32,000 nt of DNA from Oscillospiraceae bacterium (GTDB lineage: Bacteria > Bacillota > Clostridia > Oscillospirales > Ruminococcaceae). Shown here one piece after another: positions 1 to 8,689 of the stretch (positions are counted from its first letter, which is position 1; each line of letters opens with the position of its first letter). Where the stretch lies: positions 1 to 32,000 of the forward strand of contig JAFSEU010000027.1 in NCBI GenBank assembly GCA_017435565.1, given 5' to 3'. The position numbers and the translations under genes were made by a program. The notes under the pieces were generated by a model. The model was not told where the DNA came from, searched no databases, and was given only the letters and a program-made list of their open reading frames with translations.

Positions 1-20
1 AGGATCAAACTCTTTAAAAA
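1..20 (-). rRNA. rrs: Extreme 5' end of a 16S rRNA gene; the gene body lies to the left of the window
   Basis: The reverse complement of nt 1-16 reads AAAGAGTTTGATCCT. This is the universally conserved 5' terminus of bacterial 16S rRNA (27F primer site AGAGTTTGATCMTGGCTCAG). Only about 15-20 nt lie in the window. Confidence 0.75.
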
Positions 21-262
21 AGTTTGTATTAAAGATACTTGCTGTATCTTAAATCCTTGTTCATCACGATTCGCTCGCAATTACTTGTGTGACATTTTTT
101 AGTCTTGTCTGACTTCTCAAAGGGTTATATCATCTCTCAATGATACAACTCATTTTCAAGGGTCTTCTTGTTTGCATTGTTCAATTTTCAAGATGCCGAT
201 TGGAGCAACATCAAATCATTCATTTTGTTGTTGTCCGCACCCCTTCGTCAGAGTGCTTATAT

Positions 263-291
263 ATTATATCACCCCATTTCACATTTGTCAA
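263..291 (-). promoter_or_regulatory. Sigma-A type promoter of the rRNA operon
   Basis: The minus strand reads TTGACA (291-286), a 17-nt spacer, then TATAAT (268-263). An A-tract (CATCAAAAAAAGTG) lies immediately upstream. The predicted start is about 240 nt upstream of the 16S 5' end, a typical leader length. Confidence 0.6.
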
Positions 292-528
292 CACTTTTTT
301 TGATGTTTTTTTCACCAAGTTTCGACTCTGTTTTTCTTGCTGTAAATGTTCATTCTGCACAAATTGTGACAAGTATGCTGATTTTCTAAAAAAAATTAAT
401 CATCATCTCAACCAATTGATCAGAAGAATTGTAAGAATATTATTTTAAAAAAGTAGTGCATTCTTCTTTGATTTGTGTTATACTATTATATGCGTAATTT
501 AATTTATATACATTTTCAGGAGAATATA

Positions 529-1536
529 ATGGAATATAAAATCAATAGCGGCATATGGAGCGAAGTCGTCGCACTACCCGCCGCAATTATAGACAATTAC
601 ATCAAATTAGCTTCCGGTGCTTCTATAAAAGTACTTCTTTATATGCTGCGTCACAACGCCAAAGTCGTTTCAACAGAACAAATCTGTGCAGATATCAACC
701 TTTCGCGTGAGACAGTAGAAGATTCGTTCGCTTTCTGGGAACAGCTCGGCGTTATTACTACGCATAATCCTCCTCAGACTACGCATGAACCGATATGCTG
801 TACACCGTCAGTCGTTTCGCCATCTGCTGCCTTACAGTCTCAATCTTCACAAAACATCGGCGCCACCATCACTGCAACCGCAACAGATTACTCCCCTGCG
901 CATCTCAAGCCGACAGAAATCGAAGCTATTATAAAGAACAACACAAAGCTTCAATTCCTTGCACACAGCATACAGCAATCATTTGCACGCCCTCTTACAT
1001 ATTCCGAGCAGAACCTCATTATATGGATGAGCGACACTCTCGGCTTTGAAGCTGAAATCATTCTTACGCTTTGCGAATATTGCGCAAACAGCGGTAAAGC
1101 AAATGCAAGATACATCGAAACTCTTGCAAACTCGTGGTTTTCTGCCGAAATAAATACATTTGAGAAAGCAAACAACGAAGTAACAAGACTCACGGAACGA
1201 AACTCCTATATAAATAGTATATCACAGCTTCTGAAGTTAAAAAGCTATCCATCGACAAATCAATGTAAAATCATTGAGCAATGGCAGCAGCTCGGAATCT
1301 CAAGCGACCTCATACTCAAAGCCTACGACAGAACGATTGACTCAATCGGCTCGCTGAAATTCCCCTATATGAATAAAATTCTTATGAACTGGAATTCAAA
1401 CGGTCTGAAAACAATTGAAGATATCGAGAATTTTGAATCGCACAGCAAAAAGCCATCAAACAAAAACAACGAACATTCTTATGACATTAACGAACTTGCC
1501 GCGCTTGCTATCGGCATTGCACCAAGAAAGGAATAA
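529..1536 (+). CDS. DnaD/DnaB_2-domain replication initiation / primosome protein (B. subtilis DnaB/DnaD-like)
   Basis: There are two C-terminal DnaB_2/DnaD-type repeats: YSEQNLIIWMSDTLGFEAEIILTLCEYCANSGKANARYIETLANSW and IIEQWQQLGISSDLILKAYDRTIDSIGSLKFPYMNKILMNWNSNG. The N-terminus is winged-helix-like. The ATG at 529 is preceded by AGGAG (518-522). A DnaI-like loader gene follows directly. Confidence 0.7.
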   Translation: MEYKINSGIWSEVVALPAAIIDNYIKLASGASIKVLLYMLRHNAKVVSTEQICADINLSRETVEDSFAFWEQLGVITTHNPPQTTHEPICCTPSVVSPSAALQSQSSQNIGATITATATDYSPAHLKPTEIEAIIKNNTKLQFLAHSIQQSFARPLTYSEQNLIIWMSDTLGFEAEIILTLCEYCANSGKANARYIETLANSWFSAEINTFEKANNEVTRLTERNSYINSISQLLKLKSYPSTNQCKIIEQWQQLGISSDLILKAYDRTIDSIGSLKFPYMNKILMNWNSNGLKTIEDIENFESHSKKPSNKNNEHSYDINELAALAIGIAPRKE

Positions 1537-1541
1537 TTCTG

Positions 1542-2531
1542 ATGAGCGTCAAAAACTATATATATAAGGAAGCCAATGATATAATCGCACAGCGGCGTAT
1601 TGATGCCGAACAGAGTCTGCAACTGCGCCAAAGCAAGGCCGAACAGCTCTGTCCCGAAATCGCAACTATAAACAGCCAACTTGCACAGACAGGAATTAAA
1701 CTTTTTGAACTGCTGACAAAAGGTGAGGATATAAGCAATCAAATAAAAAAACTTGAAAATGAGAATATGCAAGCTCAGTTTATGTTAAAAAAAATATTGA
1801 AGGAAAGCGGATTTTCAGAAGACTATCTTGATATAAAGCACACCTGCGAACTCTGCAATGATACAGGCTACATTAATTCAAAGCGATGCAAATGCTTTAA
1901 TGACCTCGTTTCACAATTATCCGCACAGCATCTCAATTCCGCTACGGTAATGAAGCTGACTGATTTTGACAGCTTTGATTTGAATTACTATAAAGGATAT
2001 AAAAGCGACGAAGGAATAGATGCATATGACATAATGTCAAGTGTTTTTGAATTCTGCAAGAATTTTGCTGAAAATTTCACTCCTTCATCAAACGGCATTT
2101 TTATGCTGGGAAAAACCGGTCTTGGTAAAACTCATCTATCACTTGCCATCGCAAATAAGGTCATTTCAAAAGGCTACAGCGTGGCTTATGATTCAATCAT
2201 CAACTTCCTTATGCAGGTCGAACGCGAGCATTTCGGAAAAAGCGACACAGACACACTTTCAATGTTGCTTGATGTAGAGCTCCTGATTCTCGATGACTTG
2301 GGCTCAGAATATGAAAAAAACAGCTTCTACGCCTCAACTATATATAATATCATCAATACCAGGCTGAACAAAGGGCTTTGCACTATTATAAGCACAAATC
2401 TTACTCTGTCACAGCTTGAAAGCCGCTATGATGACAGAATTATTTCCCGCCTCTTCACGATGTTTGATTGTCTGCGCTTTTTCGGAAAAGACATTCGCTA
2501 CAAGCGCAAATACGAAAGTACATACAAATAA
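1542..2531 (+). CDS. dnaI: Helicase loader, DnaI/DnaC (IstB-like AAA+) family
   Basis: Walker A is GKTGLGKTHLSLAIA and Walker B is LLILDDLGSE. An N-terminal Cys cluster (CELCNDTGYINSKRCKC) is typical of DnaI. The gene sits 6 nt after the DnaD-like gene, with AAAGGA upstream. Confidence 0.8.
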   Translation: MSVKNYIYKEANDIIAQRRIDAEQSLQLRQSKAEQLCPEIATINSQLAQTGIKLFELLTKGEDISNQIKKLENENMQAQFMLKKILKESGFSEDYLDIKHTCELCNDTGYINSKRCKCFNDLVSQLSAQHLNSATVMKLTDFDSFDLNYYKGYKSDEGIDAYDIMSSVFEFCKNFAENFTPSSNGIFMLGKTGLGKTHLSLAIANKVISKGYSVAYDSIINFLMQVEREHFGKSDTDTLSMLLDVELLILDDLGSEYEKNSFYASTIYNIINTRLNKGLCTIISTNLTLSQLESRYDDRIISRLFTMFDCLRFFGKDIRYKRKYESTYK

Positions 2532-2577
2532 AGCGGACGGTTTTATACATTATAATAGTATATAAGGACATTTTGCT

Positions 2578-3225
2578 ATGAAAGACATAAAAATTCTTTT
2601 TCAGGGCGATTCAATCACCGACGGGAACCGCAACAAGGACAAAAAGCTGCGTTGGGACGGAAACCACCAGATCGGACACAGCTATGCTTTTTCAGTATGC
2701 GGAATGCTTGCGCTCAAATTCCCCGACATTCGCTTTTCATTTGAAAACCGCGGAATTTCGGGAAATACCATCGGCAAAATACTCCGTCGTGCCGATAGGG
2801 ATATTATAAATATCAAGCCCGATATCCTCACACTTTTGTGCGGCATAAACGACGGCCCCGTATGGGGGAGAAAGCCCACTCCTCCCAAGGATTTTGCATA
2901 TCGCTATGAAAAGCTGCTTCAAAAATGCAGACAAAGTCTTCCCGATTTGAAAATCATTCTGCTTGAACCCTTCTATTTCCCCGTCAAGCCACACGATAAA
3001 TACTCTGAACAATGGGCAAAAGTGCTTTTACAGTACAGAAATATAATAAAGAATCTGGCTGAAAAATATAATGCGGTCTACATTCCTTTGCAGGAAAAGT
3101 TTGATAAGGCATCAAAAAATACCGATATGGAATATTGGCTGTGGGACGGAATCCACCCAAGCGAGCAGGGTCACGGAATTATTGCAGCAGAGCTTTTTGC
3201 GGTTTTAAAAAATTGTATGAATTAA
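2578..3225 (+). CDS. SGNH/GDSL family hydrolase (lipase/acylhydrolase/esterase)
   Basis: Block I is FQGDSITDG, block III is GINDG, and block V is DGIHPS. Confidence 0.8.
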   Translation: MKDIKILFQGDSITDGNRNKDKKLRWDGNHQIGHSYAFSVCGMLALKFPDIRFSFENRGISGNTIGKILRRADRDIINIKPDILTLLCGINDGPVWGRKPTPPKDFAYRYEKLLQKCRQSLPDLKIILLEPFYFPVKPHDKYSEQWAKVLLQYRNIIKNLAEKYNAVYIPLQEKFDKASKNTDMEYWLWDGIHPSEQGHGIIAAELFAVLKNCMN

Positions 3226-3236
3226 AAAAATACCCC

Positions 3237-3265
3237 TTGTATATTTTGGCAAATAATGTTATAAT
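3237..3265 (+). promoter_or_regulatory. Extended -10 promoter upstream of the MetRS-like gene
   Basis: TTGTAT (3237-3242), a 17-nt spacer, then TGtTATAAT (TG at 3257-3258, TATAAT at 3260-3265). This leaves only a ~50-nt leader. Confidence 0.5.
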
Positions 3266-3321
3266 AACTATTTGATTGTAAAAATTATACGTCGCATTGT
3301 GCGACTGAAACGGAGAATCAT

Positions 3322-5334
3322 ATGAGTGAATTTATAAAAAGAGAGCCCGAGAGGCCAAAATTCCCCAAACGCGCTGTAATTACAGCAGGTATGCCCTACG
3401 GCAACAAAAGCCTGCATTTTGGACATATCGGCGGCGTTTTCATTCCGGCTGACTTCTATGCAAGGTTTCTGCGAGACAGAATCGGCAAGGAAAATGTAAT
3501 TTTTGTTTCGGGAACCGACTGCTACGGCTCACCGATTGAAGAAAACTACCGTGTAAAGTGTGAAAACGGTGAGTTTTCGGGAACAATCGAAGACTTTGTA
3601 AGAAACAATCACGAAAATCAGAAATCAACTCTTGAAAACTATAAAATCAGCTGCAACCTTTTCGGTGCATCGGGTCTCGACCGCGCAAAGGAGATTCACC
3701 AGCAGGTAACCGATGAGCTTCTTATGACTCTGTATAAAAACGGTCACCTCGAAAAGCGTACAACCTCGCAGTTTTATGACGCAAAAGCAGGCAAATTTTT
3801 AAACGGCAGACAGGTTGTGGGAAAATGCCCTGTGCTCAACTGCCAGTCCGAAAAAGGCTATGCCGATGAATGCGACTTGGGCCACCAGTATATGCCCGAA
3901 AACCTTATAGACCCCAAAAGCACGCTCACGGGTGAAACTCCCGAAATGCGCCAGGTTGACAACTGGTATTTCAAGCTGGTAGATTTTTATGCACTTCTTA
4001 ACGAATATGCCGAAAAAATCAAGCCCTTACCTACCACAAGAAAGCTCGTTTACAACACAATCAAGGAATTTTTGGAGCAGCCTGTTATATACATCAAGAA
4101 AGAGCTTTATGACGGATATCTCGAAATTGCCGAAGCACTCCCTGAGCATGATATCCGCGATGTGGACAACCAGAAAAAGACATCATTCGCAATCACCTTT
4201 GATGATCTGCACAAGTGCGACAAAGCCTGCGAAATACTCACAAGCAGCGGATTCCGTTACCGCACGGGCAAAACTCTCGTTCCCTTCCGCCTTACAGGTA
4301 ATGTAAAATGGGGCGTAAAAGCTCCCGAATTCGAGGGCGAAAATGACCTTACAATATGGGTATGGCCCGAATCGCTTTGGGCACCGGTTTCATTCACAAG
4401 AACATATCTTGAATCAATCGGCAAGGATGAAAGCGAATGGAAAAACTGGTGGTGCTCCGATGAATGCGGAATCTATCAGTTCATCGGCTCGGATAACATC
4501 TATTTTTACGGCATAGCCCAGCAGGCATTGTTTATGGGACTTCAGGGCGAAAACTGCCACCTTTCCGAAAACGGAGATATGCAGCTTTCGACGCTCGTTC
4601 CCGTAAATCACATTCTGTTCATGAATAAAAAAGCTTCGTCAAGCTCAAACATCAAGCCGCCTATGGCTGCCGATTTGCTTGACCATTACACAGCCGACCA
4701 GCTTCGTTCACACTTCTTAAGTCTTGGTCTTGCAATGCGAAGCGTAAGCTTTATGCCAAAGGTTTATGATGCAGATGCAAACCCCGCAGAAGCCGACCCC
4801 GTTGTTAAGGAAGGCAACCTTCTGACAAATGTTTTCAACAGAATGGTCCGTTCCTGCTTCTATACCTCGCAGAAATATTTTGACGGCATTCTGCCCGACG
4901 GTGAAATCGACGAAGAAATTCTTAAAACCACACGTGACGCCGTTTTAAAATACGAACGCCATATGCATAAATTCGAGTTCCACCAGGTTATGTATGTTCT
5001 TGACAGCTTTATAAGAAATGCAAATAAATTCTGGTCAAAGAACATTACTCCCGCTGAAAAGAACGACGACAACGAGCTTCGTGCATACACCTTGCGCAAT
5101 ATGTTCTATATGGTCAAGGTTGCAAATATTCTGCTCCATCCCCTTGCTCCCGAGGGCACCGAAATGGTACGTGATTACCTTGGAATCGGCGATGAGATGT
5201 GGAGCTGGGACAAGATTTTTGATGACATTTACAGCTACGAAAGCATCAACGAAAATCACAAGCTCAGATTCTTAGAGCCGAGGGTTGACTTTTTTGCAAA
5301 GCACCCCTCACAGCTCGCAGCAAACGAAAACTAA
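3322..5334 (+). CDS. metG: Class I aminoacyl-tRNA ligase, methionine--tRNA ligase-like (divergent subtype)
   Basis: The HIGH motif is HFGH, in PYGNKSLHFGHIGGVFIPADFYARFLR. GTDCYGSPI corresponds to the MetRS GTDEHG box. A connective-peptide knuckle reads CPVLNC...ECDLGH. An anticodon-domain-like segment reads NANKFWSK...LLHPLAPEGTEMVRDYLG. The KMSKS position reads KKASS. Confidence 0.7.
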   Translation: MSEFIKREPERPKFPKRAVITAGMPYGNKSLHFGHIGGVFIPADFYARFLRDRIGKENVIFVSGTDCYGSPIEENYRVKCENGEFSGTIEDFVRNNHENQKSTLENYKISCNLFGASGLDRAKEIHQQVTDELLMTLYKNGHLEKRTTSQFYDAKAGKFLNGRQVVGKCPVLNCQSEKGYADECDLGHQYMPENLIDPKSTLTGETPEMRQVDNWYFKLVDFYALLNEYAEKIKPLPTTRKLVYNTIKEFLEQPVIYIKKELYDGYLEIAEALPEHDIRDVDNQKKTSFAITFDDLHKCDKACEILTSSGFRYRTGKTLVPFRLTGNVKWGVKAPEFEGENDLTIWVWPESLWAPVSFTRTYLESIGKDESEWKNWWCSDECGIYQFIGSDNIYFYGIAQQALFMGLQGENCHLSENGDMQLSTLVPVNHILFMNKKASSSSNIKPPMAADLLDHYTADQLRSHFLSLGLAMRSVSFMPKVYDADANPAEADPVVKEGNLLTNVFNRMVRSCFYTSQKYFDGILPDGEIDEEILKTTRDAVLKYERHMHKFEFHQVMYVLDSFIRNANKFWSKNITPAEKNDDNELRAYTLRNMFYMVKVANILLHPLAPEGTEMVRDYLGIGDEMWSWDKIFDDIYSYESINENHKLRFLEPRVDFFAKHPSQLAANEN

Positions 5335-5367
5335 ACAACATCAAGACAAACGAAAGGAATCAATACT

Positions 5368-5802
5368 ATGGAATTTATCAATTCACTCAACCTCATTATG
5401 ATGACTGCCGCAGAAGGAACAGCCGCAACAGGGGAGCCTATGGAATACAACTGGACCGGCTTCTGGATTATGACCATTGCCTTTATTCTGATTTTCTACT
5501 TCATTCTTATCAAACCCCAGAAAAAGAAAGAAAAAGAAACAAAGCAAATGCGTGACAGCATCCAGATCGGTGACGAAATTACAACCATCGGCGGAATTGT
5601 AGGTATTGTTGTAAAGAAATCACAGGATACTCTGGTTATTGAAACCGGCGGCGACAGAAGCAAAATCCGCATAAAGACCTGGGCTGTTCAGGAGAATGCT
5701 ACAGTTCACGATATGATGGAAAGCGCTGCCGCTTCAAAGAAGAGCAAAAAGGAAGAAAAATCCTCTAAGAATGATATCGAAAAATCAGGCGAGGTTGACT
5801 GA
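5368..5802 (+). CDS. yajC: Preprotein translocase subunit YajC
   Basis: A single TM segment is followed by IKPQKKKEKE...MRDSIQIGDEITTIGGIVGIVV, the YajC signature. AAAGGA lies upstream. The exact start among the in-frame Met codons is uncertain. Confidence 0.85.
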   Translation: MEFINSLNLIMMTAAEGTAATGEPMEYNWTGFWIMTIAFILIFYFILIKPQKKKEKETKQMRDSIQIGDEITTIGGIVGIVVKKSQDTLVIETGGDRSKIRIKTWAVQENATVHDMMESAAASKKSKKEEKSSKNDIEKSGEVD

Positions 5803-5840
5803 GCCGTTCTAAACATATCCCGTTTTTCATAAAATATATT

Positions 5841-5886
5841 GTGCCCGTTGCACCTAAAACACAAGTGCACGGGCACTTATTTTTTA
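5841..5886 (+). terminator. Rho-independent terminator after yajC
   Basis: The stem is GTGCCCGTTGCAC (5841-5853) paired with GTGCACGGGCAC (5865-5876), with one bulge. It is followed by TTATTTTTT. Confidence 0.7.
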
Positions 5887-5903
5887 TAAAAAGGGTGCTG
5901 ACT

Positions 5904-6341
5904 ATGCGCAGAACATCATTTGTAAGAAAAGTCATCGATTCACAATCATTCTCTTCGTTTATTTCAGTCCTGTCGGGAGTTGCCGTACTTATACTCTGCC
6001 TGTTCGGTTTTTCCTGCCTGCTAACAATAATCGACGCAAATAATGCAATCAAATCGGTTATGTCGGGAATTTCACTCTGCCTTGGTGCTTTTGCATCAGG
6101 CTTTATATGCGCCAAGCAAAAACGCAGAAGAGGTCTGATTAACGGACTTTTCTGCGGACTTTTCGTATACCTTGCGGTTTTCTGCATTGGCTTTCTGCTG
6201 CTGAAAATAACAATCGGTAGCGGCGTTTTCGGCAAGCTTATGCTCGTATGCATACTCGGGGCGGCAGGCGGCGTCTGCGGTGTGAATTCAAAGCATAATT
6301 TCAAAGCGTCAAAGCCGAAAAAAAACCGCTTTGGCACTTGA
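5904..6341 (+). CDS. Small multi-pass membrane protein, TIGR04086/YrzE-like
   Basis: There are about 4 hydrophobic helices, rich in Gly/Cys/Phe, with a KQKRRRG loop. The gene sits directly downstream of yajC, as yrzE does in Bacillus. I chose the ATG at 5904 because the track's upstream extension begins inside the yajC terminator stem. Confidence 0.55.
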   Translation: MRRTSFVRKVIDSQSFSSFISVLSGVAVLILCLFGFSCLLTIIDANNAIKSVMSGISLCLGAFASGFICAKQKRRRGLINGLFCGLFVYLAVFCIGFLLLKITIGSGVFGKLMLVCILGAAGGVCGVNSKHNFKASKPKKNRFGT

Positions 6342-6366
6342 AATGCATATGATTATATGTTATAAT
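6338..6366 (+). promoter_or_regulatory. Extended -10 promoter for the HAD-tsaE-tsaB operon
   Basis: TTGAAA (6338-6343), a 17-nt spacer, then TGtTATAAT (TATAAT at 6361-6366). A GGGGCG/CGCCCC hairpin (6379-6398) lies just downstream. Confidence 0.5.
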
Positions 6367-6439
6367 AATGCTGTAATCGGGGCGTCAGAAAACGCCCCTG
6401 AATTTATGTCTGAAAAATAATTCAAAGGCAGTATTTGCA

Positions 6440-7090
6440 ATGAAATACAATACATATATTTTCGATTTCGATTTAACCCTTGCCGACGCAACAAGCGGAA
6501 TAATTCAATGCTATAAAAAGGTTCTCGAAAAGCATAATTATCCCATTCCCGATGATTATGCCATTAAACGCACCATCGGCAAAACTCTGACTGAATCATT
6601 TTCAATTTTCACAGGTATCACTTCGCCTGATATTTTAGAGCAGCTGCGATGTGAATATGTCAGCTTTGCAGATGAAATAATGACCGAAAATACTCATATT
6701 TTTGAAAGCGTTTTCCCCCTTGTGCAAGCTTTAAAGAAGCATAGTGCAAGAATCGGAATTGTCACAACAAAATTTGCTTATCGGGCTATCGAGGCTCTTG
6801 ACAAATATAATCTTACTGAATACTTTGATGTTATCATCGGCAATGAAAACGTAAAAGAGTACAAGCCATCACCCGAAGGGCTGAATTATGCAATTTCACA
6901 GCTTATGAGTGAAAAAAGCAAGGTGCTGTATGTGGGCGATACCACGATTGATGCAATGACCGCAGCAAACGCAAATGTCGATTTCGCAGCAGTATTGACG
7001 GGAATGACGACAAAAGATGAATTCGGCAATTATAATTGTAATTATATATTTAACGATTTAATTGAGCTTTGTGAGGAATTATTGAAATGA
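6440..7090 (+). CDS. HAD-superfamily hydrolase (phosphoglycolate phosphatase/PpaX-like subfamily IA)
   Basis: Motif I is FDFDLTLAD, motif II is VTTK, and motif IV is YVGDTTIDAMTA. The stop overlaps the tsaE start (ATGA at 7087-7090). Confidence 0.8.
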   Translation: MKYNTYIFDFDLTLADATSGIIQCYKKVLEKHNYPIPDDYAIKRTIGKTLTESFSIFTGITSPDILEQLRCEYVSFADEIMTENTHIFESVFPLVQALKKHSARIGIVTTKFAYRAIEALDKYNLTEYFDVIIGNENVKEYKPSPEGLNYAISQLMSEKSKVLYVGDTTIDAMTAANANVDFAAVLTGMTTKDEFGNYNCNYIFNDLIELCEELLK

Positions 7091-7527
7091 CGGTAACTAC
7101 ACACAGCGCCGACGAAACAATTCAGTTCGGGCGAAAAATAGGTCAGCTGCTGAAAAAGGGCGACATAATTGCATTCATCGGCGGTCTTGGCAGCGGAAAA
7201 ACCACGATAACATCCGGAATTGCTGAAGGCATGGGGAACTCGGTAGCTGTAATGTCACCTACCTTTACACTTGTAAATGAGTACCGAGCAGGTGAAATCG
7301 AAATATATCACTTCGATATGTACAGAATCATCGGTGAAGACGCACTTGAATCTACGGGTTTTTTTGACTACCCTTTGCATGATTCGGTATTCATAATCGA
7401 GTGGGCTGAAAATATTCTTGAATGCCTGCCTGAAAACACAATTTTCATAAAATTTGAATATATTGATGAAAACACCAGAAAAATCGAAATTAACGGAGAT
7501 GAAAGATTTGCTGATATTGGGAATTGA
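7087..7527 (+). CDS. tsaE: tRNA t6A37 threonylcarbamoyl-adenosine biosynthesis ATPase TsaE
   Basis: The P-loop is GGLGSGKTTITSGIAEG. SPTFTLVNEY and the HFDMYR motif are present, and the size is about 146 aa. Confidence 0.9.
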   Translation: MTVTTHSADETIQFGRKIGQLLKKGDIIAFIGGLGSGKTTITSGIAEGMGNSVAVMSPTFTLVNEYRAGEIEIYHFDMYRIIGEDALESTGFFDYPLHDSVFIIEWAENILECLPENTIFIKFEYIDENTRKIEINGDERFADIGN

Positions 7528-8188
7528 TACATCGGGAAAAAACGCTTCGGCAGCGCTGTATGAAAACGGAATCTTTCTTGCACAGAAATCCGTTCTCACA
7601 TCGCTTACGCATTCGCAGATTATTATGCCGATGGTAAATGAACTGCTGGAATCTGCCAAAAAAGATATAAATGATATTGATTTGTTTGCCGCAGCAAGTG
7701 GTCCCGGTTCATATACAGGTCTCAGAATTGGCGTTTCAGCTGTAAAGGCGCTTGCCTTTGCAACAAAAAAATGCTGTGTCGGAACATCAGTCCTTGCCGG
7801 ATTATGCCGTGCCGCAAATCCGCGAAACTGCGACGTTTTGTGCGTAATGAAGGCACGTTCAAATCTTGCATATGCGGCAATGTACAGCGCAGATAACGGT
7901 GTGATTACGCAGATAATGCCCGACTGCATAACCAATATTGAACAACTGATTGATATTGCGTCAAAATCCGGGCGTGATCTTATGATAACAGGCGATGCCG
8001 CTGAAAACATCATCGAAAATATAGATAACGCAAATGCATATCTATCACCAAAGCATCTGCGTATTTCAAATGCGATGGGTGTTTGTCTTGCCGCTGCTGA
8101 TATGAAGCCTGCTGCGCCCGATGAGCTTATGCCATCATATTTTGAAATCACAAAAGCGGAAAAGGAACTAAATTCCAAAGCTGTTTAA
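7499..8188 (+). CDS. tsaB: tRNA t6A37 biosynthesis protein TsaB
   Basis: ILGIDTSGKNASAAL and GPGSYTGLRIGVSAVKALA are the characteristic TsaB (inactive Kae1 homologue) motifs. The start is set at MKDLLILGID (ATG 7499), overlapping the tsaE end by 29 nt. Confidence 0.85.
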   Translation: MKDLLILGIDTSGKNASAALYENGIFLAQKSVLTSLTHSQIIMPMVNELLESAKKDINDIDLFAAASGPGSYTGLRIGVSAVKALAFATKKCCVGTSVLAGLCRAANPRNCDVLCVMKARSNLAYAAMYSADNGVITQIMPDCITNIEQLIDIASKSGRDLMITGDAAENIIENIDNANAYLSPKHLRISNAMGVCLAAADMKPAAPDELMPSYFEITKAEKELNSKAV

Positions 8189-8689
8189 AATTTTGCTTAT
8201 AAATTTTATTTAGCGTATCTGTGGGACATAATAATCACAAAACATCATTTTCACGAGGTGATTTTTGTGGACAATTTTTTCAGGTCCCTGAAATTCAGAT
8301 TAATACTTCTTTTGCTGTTCACTTTCGTAGTTTTCGCCTCAATAAAGCTTCAGCAGAAAGGCGTCTTTGCGCATAAAATCTATGATTTGATTTCAAATTG
8401 CCATACGTCGTGTGCAGTTTGCCATATACACGATAAAATATCATCCGATACGTATATGCAATGTGCACAAAAACAAAGCGAACTACCACAGCAGAATTAA
8501 CGAATTTAAAAAAAATGCTCAAAAACTCTTTTACACAAAGCAATTTTGTGATACAATTAAATTATCTCATTTTGTGCCCTTTTGCGGTACATCATGCATT
8601 TTAATGCACAATAATATCGGCTCGCCGCGCGCCGAAAATGCGGCAACGCTCAACAGATATATACTATTGCGTTCAAAAGAGGGAAAACT

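Noticed and set aside
140-448. Two overlapping + strand ORFs (102 and 73 aa)
   Set aside because: They fall within the leader and promoter region of the minus-strand rRNA operon. They have no RBS and a Cys/Phe-rich nonsense-like composition.
475-528. An N-terminal 18-codon extension of the DnaD-like ORF in the track
   Set aside because: The extension begins with a non-ATG start inside the promoter -10 region. The ATG at 529 has a proper AGGAG RBS.
3226-3321. Searched the leaders of the MetRS-like gene (3226-3321) and of hisS (9934-9994) for T-box elements (specifier loop, conserved T-box 14-mer)
   Set aside because: The leaders are only about 50-60 nt long, and no GGTGGTACCGCG-like T-box sequence is visible anywhere in the window's intergenic regions.
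5765-6337. A 190-aa minus-strand ORF, and the 5841 start of the + strand ORF
   Set aside because: The minus ORF is antisense to the TIGR04086 membrane-protein gene. The + ORF's first 21 codons run through the yajC terminator hairpin, so the ATG at 5904 is preferred.
7255-8178. A 307-aa ORF on the minus strand, the longest unexplained ORF in the track
   Set aside because: It lies entirely antisense to tsaE/tsaB, which carry unmistakable family motifs. Its product is Ser/Ala/Phe-rich low complexity with no recognisable domain or RBS. It is a typical shadow ORF.
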